From Octopus vulgaris (lineage: Eukaryota), in contig OX597832.1 in NCBI GenBank assembly GCA_951406725.2, positions 43,958,001 to 44,022,000 of the forward strand: a stretch of DNA of 64,000 bases, given 5' to 3'. Positions 53,882-64,000 of this stretch are shown here, one piece after another (the first letter of the stretch is position 1; each line of letters starts with the position of its first letter). A program made the position numbers and the translations under genes. A model generated the notes under the pieces. It ran no database searches. It saw only the letters and a program-made list of their open reading frames with translations, and was not told where the DNA came from.

Positions 53882-54262
53882 ATACATCCAGACATCACAT
53901 ATTCTGATTGATTCTCTCACACATTTCCTTGGTTCTTTTCTTCACGTCTAACACTTTCTTTCATTCTACTGGCTCTCTTTTGCTGCATTCAACCTCTTTA
54001 ACCATAATCCCTCCTCCCTTCATGCTACATCTCTCACTGTCTCTCACTGTCTCTCCTATCGTTATTTTCCCCCTTTTTCTCTCATCACCGGTTTATTCTT
54101 CTAAGCTGAATATCTCAACATACCGATAATTTCTAGTCTCCGTTCCATTTGATCAGACAACCTCTCTTTCTCTCATTCTTTCTCTCCGTAATCTCTTTTC
54201 CTTCATCTCTTCTTTTCGGTCATTTCTCTGTACAACTGTCTGTTTTTGTGTATGTGAGAGTG

Positions 54263-54362
<100 letters not shown>

Positions 54363-54363
54363 C

Positions 54364-54588
<225 letters not shown>

Positions 54589-54773
54589 AAAATACTTAAC
54601 ACACACGCATGTGTGTATGTGTGTATATATATCTATATGTGCAGATATATGTGTGTGTATGTATGTACTTATGTATGTATATGTATATATAGAGAGAGAG
54701 AAAAAGAGAGAGAGATAAATACACGCATACACATATAAACATATATATACATATATATATATTTGTGTGTGTG

Positions 54774-54815
<42 letters not shown>

Positions 54816-55348
54816 CATGGATTCACATGGGTGTATACATATACCTATATTTGTGTGTGTATGTGAGTGTGAATATAAGGAGTGTCCCAAAAGTAACGCC
54901 CAATTTTAAAATGCAATATACATTTCATCGGTTATACTCTCAAAACAAAAATCTATGCAATTATAATAACATTCTAAAATTGGGATCTGCATTTGGGGCA
55001 TCGTGTGTAGGTGTGTGTGCTTGTGTGTGCATGCGGTAGTATATGTGTACGAAGTGCTTGTGTATGCATGTACAAATATGCATATGTATACGTACAGATA
55101 TGCACATGCACACACACACACACACACACACAGAGTGACAGTGAGAGATCTGGTGAAATTATGGGGTCTTTAGAGCATTAGTATTCATTCTGGGCTCTAT
55201 AGGGGATCGATAAATAAAGTACAAGTCAAGTCCGGGAATCGATTCTTATATCTCTCCCACCCTCTCCCTTCTACCTTTTCTCTACGCCTTCACACGCACG
55301 TTCTCTCTCTCTCTCTCTCTCTCTTTCTCATTCTCTTTTTCTCTTTCT

Positions 55349-55389
<41 letters not shown>

Positions 55390-55638
55390 GCTTTCCTATC
55401 TCTTGGAACCAGTCACATTGTGTTGGAAGAGTCGTTGGGGGAGCCATTCTCCGGAAACGTTAAAAGAATCGGCAAAGGATTAGCAACCTCAGAAAAACTG
55501 CCACGCTTCTTCAAACCGTACGATATGCAATAGCGCACAGGAAGAAAATAAATGATAGAAGTTGAATATTACTAACGGGTGAACATACATACATACATAC
55601 ATGCGCACATGCATACATACATACATACATACATACAT

Positions 55639-55685
<47 letters not shown>

Positions 55686-55818
55686 TACACATACATACAT
55701 ACATACATACATACATACATACATACATACATACATACATACATACATACATACATACATACATACATACATACATACATACATACATGTGTGTGTATAT
55801 ATGTATATATTATGTATG

Positions 55819-55849
<31 letters not shown>

Positions 55850-56180
55850 ATATACACATATGTATATGTATGTATGTATGTATGTATGTATAAATATTTA
55901 TGCATGCATGTATATATATATATATAAATCTATTTCTTTACTACCCACAAGGGACTAAACACAGAGAGGACAAACAAGGACAGACATAGGTGTTCAGTCC
56001 ATTACATCGACTCCAGTGCGTAACTGGTACTTAATTTATCGACCCCGAAAGGATGAAAGGCAAAGTCGACCTCAGCGGAATTTGAACTCAGGACATAGCG
56101 GCAGGCGAAATGCGGGAAAGCATATCGCCCGGCTTGCTAACGTCTCTGCCAGCTCGACGCCTTCATATATATATATATAT

Positions 56181-56217
56181 CGTCCGACGAACGGAAACGT
56201 GAAACTCTGATTAACAG
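56181..56217 (+). ncRNA. Degenerate hammerhead motif with GAAA-tetraloop stem II
   Basis: Reads CGU-CCGACGA-ACGGAAACGU-GAAA-CUCUGAUUA/ACAG, with a U4C change in the core. AATAAA lies ~30 nt downstream, and the motif is embedded in (TA)n. Confidence 0.5.
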
Positions 56218-56319
56218 TTTTTGTGCTGTCTTTGCAGCTTTATCAATAAAGCATATTACTCTACCTCCGGTATTCGAGTACTATTTTCCCCACCTTGTTT
56301 CACATTTATGTGCTTGCTC

Positions 56320-56393
<74 letters not shown>

Positions 56394-56479
56394 CAAATTT
56401 ACAAGAAACAAAAGACGAAGGCAGGTGAAGGAACAAGAAGCAGGTGTATTAGTTTGATGCTCGGGAAGAATGGAAAAGT

Positions 56480-56515
56480 CTTTGACGTTTCGAGCCAATG
56501 CACTTTGACAGAAAG
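56480..56515 (-). ncRNA. Degenerate hammerhead-like motif, same family as 37650-37685
   Basis: Minus strand reads CUUU-CUGUCAA-A-GUGCAUUGGCUC-GAAACGUC/AAAG. Confidence 0.45.
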
Positions 56516-56799
56516 GATTGAAACGGGGGGAAAATGGAGAGAGAACGAAAAAAAGAAAACGGAAAGAGAAGAAAATGTGTAGGGATTAACGATTCAGCAG
56601 GCTATTAGCGACGGAAACAGTGGTAGGTCAAATTAGTATTCTGAATGTCACACTTAACGCGGGTATACTGTAGAAAGCCTGGAAACTGAGTTATTCATCT
56701 CGAGAAAGCATCTCACTAGAGTTTTAAAAATATATCAGCTGCAGACGAAAATGTCTCGCAGATATATACGCATATACATACATACACACATACATACAT

Positions 56800-56862
<63 letters not shown>

Positions 56863-57472
56863 ACGATTTGCAAAGTTTCATCTCACAGACTGTTCCGAGT
56901 AAATACTTAAGAATTGGTTAATTCAGTCAAATAGATGCATGATCTTAATTTATTTATTTGTTTGTTTATTTTAGAGAATACTTGTCGAAGTGGCAACATT
57001 TAGTGAAGACCTCTGGTCTGAAATGCTGATAATTTGCATATTTATTTGGGTTTTTGTGTGTAAGGATCATCTCATCGTCGAAACTTTATAATCCATTTCA
57101 GTATGGACGTCTCTCAAGGATCTTGCATATTATGTTGCAGTCAGTAACACGTTCTTTCACGTTCTTGACATAAATTGGTAGATTTGTAGTAAATAATAAA
57201 TTAGTTTTTGATATTTTCAAATCTTTCAGTGTGAATGCGTATCTGACGAATAATTGCCGGCGAATCTTCAAAAGTCGCAATCATTCAGTATTTTTGTCTC
57301 TGTCTGTATCTCTCTTTCTCTTTCTTTTCTTTCTTTCTTTCTTTCTTTCTTTCTCTCTTGCCTGTTTGCTTGCTTGCTTACTTGCTTGTTCCCTCTTTTT
57401 CTTTCCTTCTCTCTCTATCACTCTCTCTGTCGATATATCTGTGTGTATGTATATATGTATGTTTGTATATGC

Positions 57473-57517
<45 letters not shown>

Positions 57518-57535
57518 CATATATATATACATACA

Positions 57536-57590
<55 letters not shown>

Positions 57591-58637
57591 TGTGTGCGGA
57601 GCATTCTTACTCACCCATTACACTACTCTCTCATTCTTTCTCACACTCACACTCACACTCGCACACATAGACACACACTCACATACGCTACTTCCTATAC
57701 TTCTACTTTTTCTTTCTCTGCTTTTCTTCCTTTCTTCCTTCCTTTCTTCCTTCCTTACCAAAGGTTCAGTTCGTCTCTTTTTCACTAAGTTTTCCTACTT
57801 TCACTTTCATTTTCCCCTCTCTTCACTCGTCTTCTTTACAACCCTCTTTCTATTGCCCTATCTCTTTCCTCTACTCTTACTCGCCCTCTCTGCCTTCCTT
57901 CCTTCCTCCTCCTCCAAAGTATTTTTCACTTGCCTCTATATCTGTCTCATTCAAACACACACTCACTTTCTTTACTTTCTTTTTATACCTCCTCCTCCCT
58001 CCTCCCTCATCTCCTCCTCCCTCCTCTCTCTCTCTATCATGTTCTTTAAGCTTCTCCTTTCTACATTTCTCTAGCCGTATATCACCAATCCATAAGACAA
58101 TATTATCGATATATCTGTTGCATTCGTCGCTCGCATGCACACTGCTATACACGTTCGTTACACATCCATTACCATTGGTTTTAGCTTATATTAATCGATA
58201 ATCTTTCTGTATAGCTACATTTTCACACAAATATGTTATCGCACACAGGCACACCTATAAGACACACACACACTAACACGGCTAACACACATACTAGCAT
58301 TAACGGAGACATCAACACATATGCTTATATTAGTTCAAACACACACATGCACAAACATGCACACACACAAACATGTATACATACCAGCACACTTTAACAT
58401 ACACACCACTAATTCGAACTTATATAACAACATACGCGATCATTATTTCCCAGCTGGGAATTTTATTTTTTTGTGCATGTATACAAAATAATAGTATACA
58501 AAATCTCACAGATAGACAGATAGATAGGTAGAGAGAGAGATATGGATAGATAGAGAGAGAGAGAGAGAGATAGACAGATATGTGTGTGTGTATATATATA
58601 TACATGTATATATATATATAGATAGATAGATAGAAAG

Positions 58638-58692
<55 letters not shown>

Positions 58693-58809
58693 CAGATATG
58701 TGTATGTGTATATATATAGAGAGAGATAGACAGATATGTGTGTTTGTGTGTATATATATATATATGTATATATATAGAGAGAGAGGGAGAGATATGTGTG
58801 CGTGTATAT

Positions 58810-58874
<65 letters not shown>

Positions 58875-58897
58875 CAGATATGTGTGTGTATATATAT

Positions 58898-58952
<55 letters not shown>

Positions 58953-59181
58953 CGCGCAATCTTGTCTTTGTGGACACATCCATATAGATTTAATCTACAT
59001 AGAGCCGCCGAGTATTGCTGCTTATTCACAAATGTTTATACACGCATGTGCGATGTTTGTCCATTCAAATGCGAACGGCATTTACGGCGCTATCTAGAAA
59101 CGGGTGTGTGTGTGTATTGAGAATATCTGTACGCTACTTCAAACGCTAAACATATATATACATACAATATCTATATGTACA

Positions 59182-59213
<32 letters not shown>

Positions 59214-60766
59214 GATAGATATATACATATATTTATTGATAGATTGATTGATACATACATACATACATACATACATACATACATACATACATACGTGCAT
59301 ACATACATACATACATACATACATACATACATACATACATACATGCATGCATACATACATACATACATTCATACATACATACACACATACATACATACAT
59401 ACATACATACATACACACATACATACATACATACATACATACATACATACATACATACATACATACATACATACATACATACATTCATACATATATATGA
59501 AACACCAGTTATCAATGACATACTCACACATGTATACATACATATTTGCATATATATATATTTGTGGGGGTGTGTGCGTGTGCATGTAAAAATGTGTGTG
59601 TGCGTGTGTGTGTATGTGTGTGTATGAAACATCAGTTATCAATGCATCTTGGGAATCAATAATTTATGTATGCGTGTGTCATATGCATGTATGTATGTAT
59701 GTGTGTATGTGTGTATGTGTGTATGTATGTATGTATGTATGCATGTATGCATGTATGTATGTATGTATGTATGTATGTATGTATGTATGTATGTATGTAT
59801 GTGTATGTGTGTATGTGTGTATGTATGTATGCATGTATGTATGTATGTATGTATGTATGTATGTATGTATGTGTGTATGTGTGTATGTATGTATGTATGT
59901 ATGTATGTATGTGTGTATGTATGTATGTATGTATGTATGTATTTATGTATGTATGTATGTATGTATGTACGTACGTACGTATGTATGTATGTTGCATACC
60001 AGCTATTAATGCACCTTAGAAATCAATAAACTATGTATATACACCTATCTATCAATATATTTCTTCTTCCACACTTTTTCATTGAAACTATTACCACCAA
60101 TTTGACAACTTTTTCTTTTTTTTTTTTTTTTTTGGCTTCCTATGAATTTCATATGAACACACTTTCGAAACACACAAGTTCTCCACAATTTCAAGTATGT
60201 AAAGACAGGTACACACATCAAACTTACACTAACTTATGTAAATATTTTGCTGTGGAGAACCGACTTTGAGAGAGAGGTGACGAGAGGGCTATAGAAAGAG
60301 AGAGAGCGAGAGAGACAGAGGACTTGTTCAGATATTTTTTATTATGGTCAGATTACGTCACTTCATTTTGCCAATTGGTTGAATTATAACAGCTAAAACC
60401 TCGCCCTCGCGTTGTCATCTTCAAATCCGGGAAGAAAACTGTCTTTACCCAATATCACCCTCAGGTATGAACACCCTAGGGAATTGCCCGAGCTCCTCGT
60501 GGTTTAGGGGCCCAATTTTGATGCATGTATGTTGTGATTTGATGTTCATAAATATATACTAAAGGGCTCAGCAGTAACGTAACTGAAGAGAAAGGGGTGT
60601 CCGGGCATGTCTTTATGGGGGTCGGTACTTTTCGGTCTGCTGGATAAGCCTGTTTAATCTTGGGGGGCCAAAGGGTGCGGCAAACTCAAAGACTGCCCCC
60701 TGGCGATTTACACTCAAGCTACGCCACTAAACCCCAGAGCAAAACTGCCTCGTCTTTACTCTAGGG

Positions 60767-60949
60767 CGGTGGTTTTCAACCAGGGTTCCGCCAGTACAGT
60801 CCATGGGTTCCGCAAGAAGTTACAAAACTGCTAAATTCTCCTGTGCAGATATGTGTGCATAAAACTATTAAATTATTGCACAGAGGTTCCTCGAGCCAGT
60901 GGAATGTTTCCTTGGGGTTCGGCTCCAGTAAAAAGTTTGAAAAGCACTG
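60767..60949. mobile_element. hAT (Charlie-like) MITE with perfect 8-bp TSD CTCTAGGG
   Basis: TIRs CGGTGGTTTTCAA / TTGAAAAGCACTG. CTCTAGGG occurs at 60759-60766 and 60950-60957. Confidence 0.9.
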
Positions 60950-61320
60950 CTCTAGGGCAGTGGTTTTCAATCTTTCCACTACCAAGAACTTTTATCTAAG
61001 AAATTTTTCCACAAATTCCGAGTTTTTGAAAAGAGCCAATCTACATAATAAACTGATTTTATTAACTAAAAACGAATTCATTTTTCCAGTTTTATCTTTC
61101 AATTGAAAGTTATGGTTGTGGTCTCTCGTAGTCCCTGGAAGACGGTTCTGCATTTTCTGGCTTATCTCCTAATCCCACTTCAGTTTTAAATGCGGCACGT
61201 GTAATTCCATATGACTTGTTCCATCCATTAGAAAAGACCTCGCTTTCCCTGTCGACCGGGTCACCACCAAATAATCTTTTGAGAACACAAGGAAAGCATC
61301 TTTAATTTTGAAAATGCACA

Positions 61321-61718
61321 GGCGTAGGAGTGGCTGTGTGGTGAGTAGCTTGCTTCCGAACTACATGGTTCCGGGTTCAGTCCCACTGCGTGGAACCTTG
61401 GGGAAGTGTCTTCTACTATAGCCTCGGGCCGACCAAAGCCTTGTGAGTGGATTTGGTAGACGGAAACTGAAAGAAGCCCGTCGTATATATGTATGTGTGT
61501 GTATATGTTTGTGTGTCTGTGTTCGTCTCCCTCCCACCAACATCGCTTGACAGCCGATGCTGGTGTGTTTACGTCCCCGTAACTTAGTGGTTCGGCAAAA
61601 GGGACCGATAGAATAAGTACTAGGCTTACAAAGAATAAGTCCTGGGGTCGATTTGCTCGACTAAAGGCGGTGCTCCAGCATGGCCACAGTCAAATGACTG
61701 AAACAAGTAAAAGAGTAA
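61321..61718 (+). mobile_element. SINE family A, full-length, CpG-rich copy
   Basis: Colinear with 33495-33910. Confidence 0.92.
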
Positions 61719-62371
61719 ATAAGCCACTTTAGTCCTTACACGTGTTAGTTTATTTTGATTACATAGTATTGCCAAGCAATTGTATTTTTCTGGGGCTTTT
61801 ATCAGCTAGATGGCTCGTATCTATAGTTCGTTTGCTACTTGTAGTATCAACAAAGGGCAGGATTAGATTTTCAATCTAGCTGAATTATTTATATATGGTA
61901 AAAATGTCTGTGGAGTCTGTTGTTGTTGTTGTTGTCTAAAGTGTCGTTGGAAATATTTCTATGTATGTTATATCCATTGACGAGTCATTATTATAAGGTC
62001 AATCAGTCCGGGCGTGCAGAAGCTTTGCGTCTTTCCGATTTTGGTAACTCAAAAGCATGTCGGAGAAAATGCTCTGTAGCAATTTTTCCAGCACTTTACG
62101 TTCTGAGCCCAAATACTCTCGAGACCAACGTAGCCTTTCATCCTTTTGTAACCGACAAGTACTAGATTCAATGTAAACCACTTGTCCCCCATCCCACTTA
62201 AAATTGCTGGCCTTGTGCCAAAATCAGAAAGAATTATTTACTTTAAGGAATCACCTGTTTTGATTTTGCCAATCTCTTATAATGTTTGGAATTAAATTAG
62301 TTAATAAAAACCGCAGGTGATTAAAAAGTTCTTCAAATTTGAATCAGTCAATTGTAACTACCTCTCTCTCC

Positions 62372-62447
<76 letters not shown>

Positions 62448-62559
62448 TGAAAATATTTGTTCACACCTGTACACTGTTTGAAGCGACAGCTATAAACTCC
62501 GGGAATATTTTCTCAGTTCTGTAATGGTATCCAGAAATTAATCATGTCAGCAGCGTTAG

Positions 62560-63260
62560 CAACTGAAGAAAGCTCATCAAATTTAATTTTCTATAATGAA
62601 TTTGTTTCCAACTTTCATTAACATGTTACTAGGCATTTTCGTGAATTTTTTGCTTCACTAAGTGAAAATGGGTTTATAAATACAAGCATGCAATTTTCTT
62701 CTCAACAAAATCACGGAAACGGCTTTCAAATACAATAACTAGATTTTTTTTTTTTTCAACATATTTTGTAAAATTGCTATTATCTTCAACACTTTCATTC
62801 TGGTTCAAATTTTCATTTTCTAGCTGAGAGATGAACAATTTAAATTTCATCTAACCTAGGAAACAATATGCTCTTGCGCTGCCGTTTCAAATTTAGATCG
62901 TTGAAATGGCTGGCAAAAAAAAATGACATCAAATAGCTAATTGTTATCATAGCAAAGGATTCTTTCTTTGAGAGGCACGTTTTTCTCTTATAGAAAATTA
63001 TGCACATTATTTTTCGGTTTCCAAAACCTACTCAGAACCTCTTCTCTAAAAATCAGTGAACTTCACAACGAAGGCCAAGCTCGTCATATTCTAAATTTAA
63101 CCGTCCGCAGTCTTCTCTGAATTCTCGTCTGTTTAATGCTCTTGTTCGAAGTTTGTTCACGAATTTCGGAACGTTAACATAGCATGCTGCAAGTTTTTTT
63201 TTGTGGGGGTGTTTTTTCACGCAAAAACTGTATAATGAATGCAGTGAATTTATGTAAAAC
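62560..63260 (-). mobile_element. hAT transposase remnant (SPIN/Buster/GTF2IRD2-like)
   Basis: Minus-strand translation with frameshifts: KFVNKLRTRALNRREFREDCGRLNLEYDELGLRCEVH*...VLSRFW...HFNDLNLK...FESRFRDF...FINPFSL. Confidence 0.75.
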
Positions 63261-63301
63261 ACAATCAAAAATATTCAAGCCAAGACGCAGTTCCAACTCT
63301 T

Positions 63302-63523
63302 TTATCGAGCCGAGATAAGCTTTACTGTGGCCGCAATACCTGGGTGTGACAGCGAATGCAGAGTGTCAAAAACAGGACGGCGGTGATGCTCAGGAACGAG
63401 GGGTCGGGGTGACTCGGTAGAAACATCGCAGAGTATGGTTCCTTCGGGACATGGAAGAGGCAGGTGCTCCAATTTGCAGCCGGAAAACTGTGGTGATGTG
63501 ACGTCAAGAGAGTCCAAGGAGTC
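63302..63523 (-). mobile_element. Gypsy/Ty3 pol fragment (start of the integrase zinc-binding domain)
   Basis: Translates ILCDVSTESPRPLVPEHHRRPVFDTLHSLSHPGIAATVKLISAR, containing the H-x3-H-P-G motif. Confidence 0.88.
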
Positions 63524-63680
63524 CAATATTTCTAGCCCCAAATGGCTTATTCTTTATATCTAGCACAATTTCTTTCTCCATTTCTAAGTTAAGGGTGCTT
63601 TATTTTTACCCTTAACTTAGAAATGGAGAAAGACATTGTGCTAGATATAAAGAATAAGCCATTTGGGGCTAGAAATATTG
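63524..63680. repeat. Near-perfect inverted repeat, 73-bp arms, 11-nt loop
   Basis: 63524-63596 versus 63608-63680, one mismatch. Confidence 0.97.
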
Positions 63681-63792
63681 TGGAAAAACGTGAAATTCTT
63701 TGAGCAGGCGTGTGTCTTATGCGAAATCTCTGATGAGCCCAAGTGACGCTGATAACCTGGAATCGCCTCTGATATATAAGTATATATATATA

Positions 63793-63863
<71 letters not shown>

Positions 63864-63953
63864 TATAACTGAACACCACACAGCCTTGTCCACAGTAAGT
63901 TCTTACATATATGCGTGTGTGCGTTCATGCGTACATGTGTGCGTGCGTATGCG

Positions 63954-63990
<37 letters not shown>

Positions 63991-64000
63991 ATGCGCGCAC

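Overview
AT-rich eukaryotic DNA dense in microsatellites. The repeat families point to an Octopus (coleoid cephalopod) genome; this is inference from the SINE and LINE content. Almost all ORFs in the supplied track are translations of simple repeats. One convincing host exon lies on the minus strand at 51444-51209. It has a cag acceptor, an ATG at 51430 and a CAG|GTACGT donor, and encodes a signal-peptide-like N-terminus resembling Ca-channel alpha2delta / VWA-Cache proteins. Most of the window downstream of it (<51.2 kb) is therefore probably one very large intron. The rest is transposon debris: at least four SINE families, RTE, CR1 and R4/Dong LINE remnants, mariner and hAT transposase remnants, MITEs and a Gypsy integrase fragment. 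A 2.6-kb, 29-bp minisatellite has amplified from inside a CR1 remnant. The most striking signal is a set of seven Penelope-type minimal type I hammerhead ribozyme motifs plus one half motif, carried on short elements sitting in (TA)n tracts. One has an intact core with a ~99-nt hairpin in place of stem II (29269-29394, minus). Another is a head-to-head palindromic pair (46266-46357). One family shares a CUGUNGA core variant. All calls were made by eye; no searches or folding programs were run.
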